A DNA stretch of 64,000 nt from assembly GCF_009914755.1 (NCBI RefSeq), contig NC_060940.1. The stretch is one strand, 5' to 3'. The position numbers and the translations under genes were made by a program. This DNA comes from the human T2T-CHM13v2.0 reference genome, Homo sapiens. Position 1 is the first letter of the stretch, and every line of letters starts with the position of its first letter. This document shows, one piece after another, positions 53,850 to 64,000 of the stretch. The notes beneath the pieces are model-generated. The model saw only the letters and a list, made by a program, of their open reading frames with translations, had not been told where the DNA came from and searched no databases.

Positions 53850-54320
53850 TGTAGAATTAATTCCAACATAGACCTACCTTCTTATTGCACAGACAAAGAC
53901 ACTGAGATCCAGAGACATTGAGGGGCTCTCTTGGGCTTCCCCACCTTGTCCAGGGGAAAGTCAGGACTGGGATCCAGCGTATAGTCACTTGCTACGGCTA
54001 TTCCCATTATGTTTTGCTGCTGCTGAAACACTGGAACACATTGTAAAGTTCAGACACTCAGGAAATACCCCACGGTGATAAGGACAACCGGTGATGCCGA
54101 TGAGTTCCCACCAGGTGTCAGTGCCTCGAGGACTTGTTTAATCTTCACAACGGTGCTCTGAGTTAGGTGCTCATATTAGTTCCATTTAACAGTTGGAGAA
54201 AATGAGGCTCAGGGAAATTAAATCACTTGCTCCACATCACACAGCTACTAGGCAGTCAATGCTGGTTTTGAGGCTAGGTGATCTCAGTCCAGAGGCCTCA
54301 GCCTTAACCATTCTGCTCTC
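53850..54320 (-). mobile_element. Two MIR fragments
   Basis: acagacaaagacactgagatccagaga, and tttaatcttcacaac...gagaaaatgaggctcagggaaattaaatcacttgc. Confidence 0.75.
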
Positions 54321-55342
54321 TCGCCTTCCTGCATTTTATACTCCATACTTCTCTTGGGAGAAAGATACTATCATATTATTTCGTCCAAACTTACCATATC
54401 TTAAAAAAAACTTACCAGCAAACAAATCATCCAACTGCCTTTCATCTATTGAATGTTCTACAGACTTAACGCCATTATCTCGCATGACCTTGATGAAGAT
54501 AGTAACCCTCCCTTTATCAAAATGGTCAATCTTCATTAATTTATTTTACTAATTAGTTAAAGGCTGGTGTAATTTAGAGAAAGTCTAAATTATAGAATAC
54601 ATTTTATTCTGTCACTTTGAAGCACAAACCTCCACAAAGATTTGTATAAAAATGCTCCCTTCTGGGACTCACTTCAGTGATTTGTAGCTACCATTCATAC
54701 TGCCTCTATGTAAATGAAAGGGAGGCATAATATCAGCAACTTGCGTATTATTCTCCATGGTAATAAATCGTGCCTGATAACCTATGAAAATGGCTTCATT
54801 TTTCTCTTACCACGCCTATCATGGTGGCTTTCAAACTCACTACCCTGTGCCCCACCTATCACACCTGTCCTTTGTCCCTTTCTCACATGGATGTCTACAA
54901 AATGCAGCAGTAAAGTGTTCCATAATCCACACTTCAGTCTACATAAATGTTTAATTCCCCTGCCCCTTTTGTTTTCGTCAGGCCCCCTGAAGCCGCAGCT
55001 GAGATGGCTGACTCCCTGAACTCTTCTTATGTTCTTGACTGTTCGCATAGCCTTTCCTGGGATTACCTCCCAGTTCCAAGTTTGCCCATTCTGCAGGCAG
55101 TCTTCTTGGGTTCCAGCTTTTCTCCACCATCAGCTTCTCCCCTAGGGCTCTTATTAACTCTCCGCTCTCTGGGGGCCACTCTCATTTTCAGCTTCATGTG
55201 GATCAGTGATTACTTGTCCTATCTCCTCTCCTAGAACGTGAGCTTCATCAAGGAATTTCTCTCTATTGACCCTCAGGCATGAGCACAATGTCCTACTCCC
55301 TGGGTGCTTAGTTAATGCTTATGGAGTGAATAGAACCCCGGC

Positions 55343-55373
55343 GTGTGTGTGTGTGGTGTGTGTGTGTGTGTGT
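55343..55373. repeat. (TG)n microsatellite
   Basis: Interrupted TG run. Confidence 0.9.
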
Positions 55374-55499
55374 TTAGGGAAGGCAAAGGACGTTTGGCAA
55401 AAAAACAAGTTACCTGAGGGAATAGCAACTCGAAGTCATTGTCCCTCAATTTGGGATCCCGGTACCACCCGCATAAGAATCTTTTGGATGCTGAATAAA

Positions 55500-55624
55500 C
55501 CTGCAGTTTCTCCAGCCTGGCCAAGACCTATGAAAGCAGGGTTCCTGGGTATGAGGTCCAAGGATCTGCAACTGGAACATGCTCTCCAGGCAATTCTATA
55601 CACACTGGTATCTAAGAACCACTG
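55500..55624. mobile_element. MER5 fragment
   Basis: ccaaggatctgca...ctctccaggcaattct...ctaagaaccactg. Confidence 0.65.
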
Positions 55625-55999
55625 CGCTCAGAACTAGGATATCCATCAAGCCTGATTTGAAGTACCTGCATGAGTCCCAGTGTCATGATGAGATCAAGAG
55701 AGCTTCTGTGTCCTTGAGGGGCTGGAGTATGCGTCCCCCTGAAACCCTTTCCCTGCCTGCCCCCAGCACTGTTGGGTGTCCCTTCTCTGTGCTTCCTCTG
55801 CCAACACTCTGTGCGGTGTTTCCGGGAGTCAGAATGGCAGGGTGGTCAAGAGTACGGACTCAGAGGTTGCAGAAAGATAAAAAGATGATTGCATTCATGA
55901 TTGTTATGATGTCTTGTACATAGAATATTGTCTTATTTGCTCTAAGACTCCATTAAAAAGCCAGCAAAAGCAAATGCATACCAGAAAAACAGTGGTGTG

Positions 56000-56240
56000 C
56001 TCTTTGAATATTAGGTGGCCTAGTGCATGTTTCACCTAGGTCTCTGACTAATTCTATGAGCTTGGGCAAATTATTTAGCTTCTTTAGGGCTTCTGTATTT
56101 GTGAAAAAAAAAACAAACAAAAAAAAAGGAAAACAATAGTTTCCCTTTAACAGGGCTATTGCAGGAATCCAGTGAGATCATATCTTGGAAGTGCTCAGCT
56201 GAGGGCCTGGGCGGGATAAGTACTCAAATCATACCCTTAA
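56000..56240 (+). mobile_element. MIR
   Basis: gcttgggcaaattatttagcttct...cagggctattgcaggaatccagtgagat...agtgctcag. Confidence 0.75.
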
Positions 56241-56251
56241 TATCATTATTC

Positions 56252-56394
56252 TTTTTTGAGATCAAGTTTCACTCTTGTCGCCTAGGCTGGAGTGCATGTT
56301 GGCCAGGCTGGTCTCACACTCCTGACCTCAGGTGATTCACCTGTCTCGGCCTTCCAAAGTGCTGGAATTACAGGTGTGAGCCACTGTACCTGAA
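56252..56394 (-). mobile_element. Internally deleted AluS (about half length)
   Basis: The right-arm end ...caggctggagtgca is fused directly to left-arm tgttggccaggctggtctc. Confidence 0.9.
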
Positions 56395-56395
56395 C

Positions 56396-56463
56396 AAGTG
56401 GGTGTTGTTTTAAGCCACTACATTTGTGGTCATTTCTCCCAGCAGCCACAGGACACTCATACG
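56396..56463 (+). mobile_element. MLT1 3'-terminal fragment
   Basis: tgttgttttaagccactacatttgtggtcattt...gcagccacaggacactcatac. Confidence 0.8.
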
Positions 56464-56552
56464 TCCATAAAGGCAGCTTCTCTGCTCTTTGATGCCTCTG
56501 ACTCCACTTAAGCCCTCTTCCCCAGGGCTGAACCAACATACCCGCTTCCAAG

Positions 56553-57310
56553 TCTATTAAGTATTGAATTGTGTTCCCCCAAAAGATATGTTGAAGTCCA
56601 AATCCCCAGGATCTGTAAATGTAACACTATTTGGCAACAGGGTCTTTGCAGATAATCAAATAAAAATGAGGTCATTTTGGGGAAGAAGCTAATCTACTGT
56701 TACTGATGTCCCTGTAAGAAGAAAAGAGGGTCGGGCATGGTGGCTCAGGCCTGTAATCTCAGCACTTTGAGAGGCCGAGGCTGGCAGATCACCTGAGGTT
56801 AGGAGTTCAAGACAAGCCTGGCCACCATAGGGAAGCCCTGTCTCTACTAAAAATATATAAATTAGCTGGGTGTGTTGGCATACACCTGTAGTTTCAGCTA
56901 CTCAGGAGCCTGAGGCAGGAGAATGGCTTAAACTGGGCAGGTGCTGGTTGCAGTGAGCCGAGATCAATCCACTGCACTCCAGCCTAGGCGACAGAGCAAG
57001 ACTCCATCTAAAAAAAAAAAAAAAAAAAAAAAAAGACACAACGACACACAGAGAACTTGTGTGATGATGGAGGCAAAAACTGGGGTGACGCAGCTACAAT
57101 TCAAGGGACACCAAAACTGCCAGCAATGACCAGAAGCTAAGAGAACAGCATGAAACAGACTGCCATCTAGAGCCTTCAGAAAGGACATGACTTTTCTGAC
57201 ACTTTGATTTCAGACTTTTTGCCTCCAGAACTGTGAGCGATCACATTTCTCTTGTTTTACACCAGCCAATGTGTGATACTTTGTTCCAGCATCCGTAGGA
57301 AACTAATACA
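56553..57310 (+). mobile_element. MLT1B/C solo LTR with a nested Alu
   Basis: ttgaattgtgttcccccaaaagatatgttgaagtcc...ggtctttgcagat...cctccagaactgtgag...ggaaactaataca. Confidence 0.9.
56729..57034 (+). mobile_element. AluS (Sx/Sz-like)
   Basis: Full dimer with a poly(A) tail. Confidence 0.95.
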
Positions 57311-58739
57311 AAGTCCCAAACTCTTTCCACTATGTCTAGATCCAAAGTCACCAAGAGGCCTGGCTTGGGGCAGCACTGGGAACTTAGACAGGACCCTAGC
57401 TAAGTTCCATTCTGAGTTAATAATTGTTATTAACTCACTCAGTTCATGCCCAGTTAGCAAGCATCATGAAGCACATTAAGCCAGGATATGGCCTTTCTAA
57501 ATGTCCTGAGTATCAGGAGAAGCTTTTTCACACTGCAAAAGCCAGTCTAATTCTATGACTTGCAGGCTGAAAATCAACTATGGCTGCAACCAAGTCACTT
57601 AGCCATCATCAGCGCCAATCCTGCAGTGCTTATAGCCAAGTCAGGGCGTCTGTTTGTTGAGAGGCAAAGGCGGCCCCGCCCCATGCTCTGGTTTCTGCTT
57701 GCACCTTATTAACGGGTAATGAAGAGTAGGTTCTGCTTTATTGATCTTGAGACCAGAGCTACGTGCGATGCTGCCTAAGAAAAGCCGCAAAGGATTTTAT
57801 TTGATTTTTGCACACAGCAATAATCTCCCTCACCAGATTAGCTGGTGAACTGGTGGGCTTTTCACCTTGAAATTGTTGATAGGGTAGCCAAACAGGAATT
57901 TCTATATTTGCTAATCCTTCCTCAAATACACATCCCCACCGTCTGTGCCCTGTCAAGTGGGTACCTGGGAAATAGCAGAGACCACACTGTGGAAGGGGAG
58001 ACACTCCAGTGCAGGAAAGATCAGAAGAAAGAGGTGACAATGACATGCAGCACGAAGCAGCGATGATGGGGTTTTTTCTTTGCAAAATTACAAGCCACAG
58101 TCTCACCTCATTCCTACCTGCCTTTTTTATTTCCCCTGCTCTCAAAACATACCTGACTAGAAAATCCCCAGTCCAACTCCAGGAATGCCCTTTCTTCTTT
58201 AGCCACATCACAGTGTTACCAGATGCCTTTTATGAGCTCTTTGGTAGAAACTAAGCCATGTGTCACTACTGGGTGTTGAAAACTCAGGAGTCAGCTTCCC
58301 TGCAGTCTGCTGGCGCTCAGTTCTTTGGCTCTGCCTAAAGTCGGATAAGGAAATGACCTTCCAGGCATGGTGAGATGAGTCCTTAGGACACAGAAGGGCA
58401 GGCTGGCCTGGCCTCAGGAGACTGCAACAGCTGCCAGAGAGCCATGGCACTCCTCAATCCCCCGAGGAGCCTGGAAAAGACTTCCCTCTTGGGTTCAGGC
58501 ATGTCCTCTGCTTCCTGCCTTTATGGAAACTGGATTTTCGGGACCTTGGAGGACCTCCTATGGGGAATAGAAACTAACAGCCCATCCCGAGCCTGCTTTT
58601 CCATGGGAAAGGTGGTGGGAATTCTCCATGTCACCTTTGCAGAGAGAGAGAGACAAACATGGATCCAAATTAGAGATGGCTTCAGGTTCTGACGGATTCA
58701 TCTCTCCCAATTGCCTTTGTAACACATCTGCTAAATTTA

Positions 58740-58885
58740 GATAAGTCACAAATAGAGCCAAAAGAAAATCCAGAAGGGAGCCACAAAAAATTATTAAACA
58801 GTTGTAAAAGTTGGGGATTATGAGTGGAGGAATCGGGGTTATTTATCCTGGAAAAGAGAAGGCTGAGGAGGGACATATAAAGACT
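58740..58885 (+). mobile_element. L3/CR1 fragment
   Basis: tggaggaatcggggttatttatcctggaaaagagaaggctgaggagggaca (EESGLFILEKRRLRRD) resembles the CR1 ORF2 C-terminus. Confidence 0.7.
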
Positions 58886-59545
58886 TCATACTAGATTAAT
58901 TATGTAAATAAGCAGACACCCAGCTGGCATGGAATTTCAACCATTTGGCAGGGAGAGTGGGTATTAAGGGGGGTGACTAGTTGTTTTAAAATCATTAGTT
59001 GCCTGCACAGGTTTCTGGAGGGGTTCACTGTTGCTGAGTAATACAAGTTATGAATATGCCAGGTCTGTTTTAATGAGCCCAGACTTCACCCACCAAAAAT
59101 CCTTTCCAGCCAAGCACGTGATAACTATAGATCTTCTTTGTCCTTTGCCTCAAGCAGAAGCCTTACACGGGTCCGTCGTAAGATGCACCTCTAGGGCTCA
59201 TTCCTTCTTCAAGTCCCGGTGTAGAGTTTGGTGTTAGAAGGGACAATTAGAGACTTAGAGATTCCTTCGTCCAGACAGGAAGATGCTGGAAGGAGTGCCT
59301 TTTGGGGAATGAGCTGAGCTTGGCCAGATGCTGCAGTTGTGTCCCCTTGCTGAAGTTAGTCACACTTGGCTGCTGGAGAAGTCTGCCCAGGTGCACTTCA
59401 TAACCACACTGCCATCTTCTGCCTTTCATTCAACAGGACATGAATTGAGCACAGGCTGGTCCTCCTGAGCCCTGGCCCAACAAGGCTCCTGAACCTGGGC
59501 CCAGAGATGCATAAGAGGATGCCAAATCACATAAAAAATAAGGGT

Positions 59546-59749
59546 ATGGTGAAATCCCATCTCTACTAAAAATACAAAAAATTAATAAGGTGTGGTGGTT
59601 CGCAGCTGTAATCCTAGCTACTCCAGAGGCTGAGGCAGGAGAATCGCTTGAAACCAGGAGGCGGAGGTTGCAGTGGATTGAGATCACACCACTGCACTCC
59701 AGCCTGGGCGACAGAGTGAGACTTTGCCTAAAAAAAAAAAAAAAAAAAA
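59546..59749 (+). mobile_element. 5'-truncated AluS (starts near consensus nt 100)
   Basis: atggtgaaatcccatctctactaaaaatacaaaaa followed by the right arm and poly(A). Confidence 0.93.
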
Positions 59750-59769
59750 GAGCCCCCCCACTCATCCAC

Positions 59770-60141
59770 ACTTACTCTCTTACAATCCTGGAAGGCAACT
59801 TGTTTCAATGGGCTAGAGGCAAGTTGTTGGCTAGAGGAGATTCCATTGCTGGACTCTTTTAGATCCTGGTGGTTCCCGACATTCCTTAGCTTATAGCCAC
59901 ATCAGTCTAGTCCCTGGCTCCGTGGTCCCATGACCTTTTGTGTCCAATATTCCTCTGCCCCCCTCTTATGAAGGAATTTGGGATTCTATTTAGTGGCTAC
60001 CCAGATAATCCAAAATAATCTCTTCATTTGGAAATCATTAATTTGGCCACATCTGCAATGTCTTTACCACAAAAGTTAATATAGATGAGTTCTAGGGATT
60101 AGGATTTGGTACCTTTGGGGATCATTATTCAGCCTACTGTA
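59770..60141 (-). mobile_element. MLT1D-like LTR
   Basis: cattccttagcttatagccacatc...acccagataatccaaaataatctc...ggatcattattcagcctact. Confidence 0.82.
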
Positions 60142-60295
60142 GTAGGGGTTCATCAGTTAGTGGGGGGGAAGTAGCCAGTTTATTCCCAAAATGCATGTGT
60201 CATCACAAACCAAGATGAGTTTCCTAAAAGAAAATAAGATACTACTGCGAATGTCACCCAATGAGACCTGACCCATTCTGTGTGTGCAGGGATGC

Positions 60296-60700
60296 TGTTT
60301 TAGTTGGGTTCCCACAGAAGCAGACCCTGCAACGATGATTTGTGTGCAAGGTGTTTATTTGAGAGGTGATCTCAGGAAACCGGTAAGGCAGTGGGGGAAG
60401 TGAGACAGGGAAGAAAGGGCAGCCAGTGATGGGAGTTGCTTTCAAGCAGTTGCTTGTTCTTATGGGCAGCTGGAGCTGAATCCCACTGGGGACTCTGGGA
60501 GACAATGAAAACCACATCTCATAGTTATCCCCACTGAGGAATGAGGGACCTGGGGTATTTATCTACCAACTCCCCTTCTATTATTGGTTGAGTCCCTCTT
60601 CTGACGAGTCACAGGTATTCCCAGTAAGCAGCCTCTGTAGGGCACAGGTGAGTGATGATGGGATTCACCGCTGACAGCTCTGCTGTAGATTTCCCCGGGC
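60296..60700 (-). mobile_element. LTR16-family solo LTR
   Basis: tagttgggttcccacagaagcagaccctg...tttatttgagaggtgatctcaggaa...gggcagctggagctgaatccc. Confidence 0.82.
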
Positions 60701-60842
60701 AGGTGACCTCTGAACTGCCACCTGAAGTAGAAGTAGGAAGTAACCAGCAACTGGGGTGGGGATGGTGAAGAAGAAGGAGAAAGTGTTAAGGAAGGAAACA
60801 GAAAGTGCCAAGCCCTGAGGTAGGTGGGGCACAGTGTAGTGT

Positions 60843-61182
60843 TGTATTAGTCCATTTTCACGCTGCTGATAAAGATATATCTAAGACTGGGCAATTTACA
60901 AAAGAGGTTTAACAGACTCACAGTGCTGGGGAGGCCTGGCAATCATGGTGGAAGGTGAAAGGCACATCTCACATGGCGGCAGACAAGAGAAGAGAACTCG
61001 TGCAGGGAAACTCCCCTTTATAAACATCATCAGATCTCGTGAGACGATCACAAGAACAGCATGGGAAAGACCCAGCCCCATGAATGAATTATCTCCCACC
61101 AGGTCCCTCCCAAAACACGTGGGAATTATGGGAGCTACAATTCAAGATGAAATTTGGATGGGGACACAGCTAAATCATATCA
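60843..61182 (-). mobile_element. THE1 (B/C-like) solo LTR
   Basis: tgtattagtccattttcacgctgctgataaaga...catatca, with a perfect TSD agtgt. Confidence 0.95.
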
Positions 61183-61639
61183 AGTGTCCAGAGTGAAAGG
61201 AGTTGAGATGGAACAGCATCTCACCAGACCTGAGAGCCATTTGGTGCGTGTTGGATGCATGTGGTCCGTATCTGTTCTGGTTGATTGATGCCTGTGCCTT
61301 GACATTTGTTCAATATTTTGAATATCCTTCACACTGAGGTCAATATCTCTTTCCCTGGGTGGTTATGAGCCTTAAATCAGCTATGCCATGTGAAAGTTAT
61401 TTGCAGTTTGTGAAGTCCTGTGGAAAGGTTGTTGCTGTTTTTCTGCTGGGGCTGTTTTAAGATGAAACATGGTATGGGGGAAAGATGCAAGCTCTGGGTC
61501 CCATTCTCAGGAGTTTCCACGAGCAGGAACCTCACATCACTGCCATTGGCCTGTAATATAATTTTGGCCTGAGTCTATCTGGGACAGGTGGTGTGGAGAT
61601 GCACTGTTACTAAAGACTTAAAGCTTGGAACTTAAAAGT

Positions 61640-61795
61640 CTACATTTTCTTTGGAGTCAGGTGGTCCTGTGTGCAAGTCCCAGTTCCAGGCCCTTCCACT
61701 GGCTGTCCAATGGCTTGGAGTCTGAGGCTCAGTTTTCCCACTTGCAGAAGGAAGGAATGATGCCAACTTCGTAAGTTACATGAGATGTGAAGGCA
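61640..61795 (+). mobile_element. MIR fragment
   Basis: ttggagtcag...caagtcccagttcc...ggctcagttttcccacttgcagaa. Confidence 0.65.
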
Positions 61796-61848
61796 GTGAT
61801 GGAAGTGGAGCTGGGGCTCCTTCCCCCTCTGTTTTAAGCATTTGATTA

Positions 61849-62166
<318 letters not shown>

Positions 62167-62174
62167 TTACTGTA

Positions 62175-63042
62175 CCATATGTCCTCACTTAACTTCATTG
62201 CTAGGTTCTTGAAAACTGTGACTTTCAGGGAAATGAAATATAATGAAAGCAATTTTACTGTATGCTAAATGGTATAAACAAGAGTTAAATTCTTACGGCA
62301 CGTTCCTGGTCACAAAAACATTACCAAACTTCTTAATAAAGACCCAAAACACTTCTAATATTAAACATTGAAATAAAGATGAGCTATACATACATTTAAG
62401 AAAGATGAATAAAAACAAGTAAGATAATCGTTTGCTCAATTTTTGGTGAATCAGTGAGTGACGGTGGTCGTAGTGGTGGTGGGTTAAATCAAGGAATAAA
62501 GGTTTGCAAAGCGAAAATTGTCAGGGGCACCTCCTGCCACCGTGCAGTTTGAAAACAAACAATTCCAACTAATGGCAGACTGACTGAGTGCTTTCTTACT
62601 GCATTGTTTTTTATTGTGCATTTTTATGATTATTATACACAGTACTTCATGAGTTTTTGTTTTACAATACTTCGTATTAATTAATTCACCTTCCAAATTG
62701 CTTAGTCTATAATAGTTTAGGGTCTTGGGTGGCCAAAGCCTCTGCTAGCACAGGGTAGGAACTGACCCTGGACAGGACATCATTCCATCGCAGGGCACAC
62801 TTACACCCACGCTCACACTCACTCATACTGGGGCAATTTAGATGTGACAGTTCACTTCACATGCACAACTTTGGGATGTGGGAGGAAACCAGAGGACCCG
62901 GGGAAAACCCACACAAACATGGGGAGAATGTACAAACTCCACACACAGGGTGGTCTGGGCCAAGAGTTAGTGTTTTTTTTTTTCTCATCAACATTATAAT
63001 AAAACAACATTGAAGAAAACAGCATTATATGATGTCTGGATG
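62175..63042 (-). mobile_element. Full-length MER6 (TcMar-Tigger) with an internal V-SINE-like segment
   Basis: 868 bp flanked by TA on both sides, with left end gtcctcacttaac. It contains tttgggatgtgggaggaaaccagag..cccggggaaaacccac..ggggagaatgtacaaactccacac. Confidence 0.92.
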
Positions 63043-63399
63043 TATTTATTGTTCATGATGGCCAGGTCTTCCTGCATTGTTGTTTGAGTCAGTCACAGTG
63101 AGTTGGCATTGCTACAAGTCACTGAGCAAAAGGCCCTCGCCTGGCTCATTCGCCAATGAGTCTCCTGTGCCTGAAACAAAGCTTGGTAAATAGTAGATGC
63201 TCAGTAAATACTAACTGAATAAATGAGTGAGTGAGGTTTACTGGAGAAGGGATCAAGAACCTGAATTGATTTAGCTCTCCCCACATGATTATGGGATGAA
63301 GCCATGATAATTACTGGCACAAAACATTCATTTTATACATAATGGAAGTATAACCAGGGATGCAAAGTGATTTGCTCCAAGGGTGCTCAGTTAATTTAT

Positions 63400-64000
63400 T
63401 CAATGACCAGTCATTCCTCTCCTTGATTTAACAAACATTCATTGAGCACCTACAGTGTTGCTGATGATATTAAAACCTCAGTTTCTATCAAAAAGCATAA
63501 GACATTGCCCCCACCCTTGATAAGCCATGACTTGGTAGTGGGTTCACATACATAAACAAAGGATCATATTGCAATGTACCATGATCTAGTATTTACACAC
63601 ATGATGTGCTGAAGGAATACAGATGAAGGAACATCAATTCTGCCTTGGGGCCCAAAGAAACCAGTTGGGAAAGTTATATTTAGGATGAGTGAGGGACACG
63701 GAGGTTCAGAGGTCCTCAGGCAGTTAAAGAGGGAGTAGGGTAGAAGGTGCAGGATAGGTATGGGCACATGGAAGGTCATGGAACTGGCCAGTCACCCAGT
63801 GAGGCTAGAGTGGAACACTGCTCACGTAGGCAGGAAGAAAGGTACTCCAGGTAGAAGTAACAGCAAAGTCAAAGAAAGCAGTCGGCAAAGAGATTTGTAA
63901 GTTTGAAGAATTAAAAGATGAACCATAGGAATGAAGGAGAGTGTGGCAAGAAATGTACTTTGACAGAGAGAACTTGTGCCAGGTCATTCTGGTCTTTGTA
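63400..64000 (-). mobile_element. L2 3' region
   Basis: tttaacaaacattcattgagcacctacagtg...tgctgaaggaatacagatgaagga...gaacttgtgccaggtc. Confidence 0.8.

Noticed and set aside
57759-58211. 150-aa minus-strand ORF in unique sequence
   Set aside because: No recognisable homology, coding-like composition or exon context.

Overview
This is non-coding primate genomic DNA, most likely human or great ape (AluY, AluS, AluJ, THE1 and MER6 are present), from an intron or intergenic region. I could not identify the locus. I find no protein-coding gene, RNA gene or CRISPR array. The listed ORFs are short chance frames or repeat-derived, and only 209-442 is recognisably protein-like (a decayed L1 ORF2p reverse-transcriptase fragment). 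About half the window is transposon fossil: 11 Alus, many MIR/L2/L3/L1M pieces, about 20 solo LTRs or LTR fragments, and hAT/Tigger DNA elements. Repeat names come from my recollection of consensus sequences and need RepeatMasker/Dfam confirmation. The most notable signal is a set of short locally templated copies. (i) A 171-bp direct copy of 1295-1465 interrupts an L1 at 487-657 (165/171 identical). (ii) A 119-bp inverted copy of 9873-9991 sits inside a MER47/Tigger5 element at 7916-8034 (95/119, ungapped). (iii) A 26-bp direct repeat occurs at 25033 and 25973. Other points are a near-consensus CTCF site at 14177-14195, a CpG-retaining island near 9.6-10.3 kb, a full-length MER6 carrying a V-SINE-like segment, and several structurally odd Alus. 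I see no convincing evidence of a new biological system beyond these repair or capture footprints.
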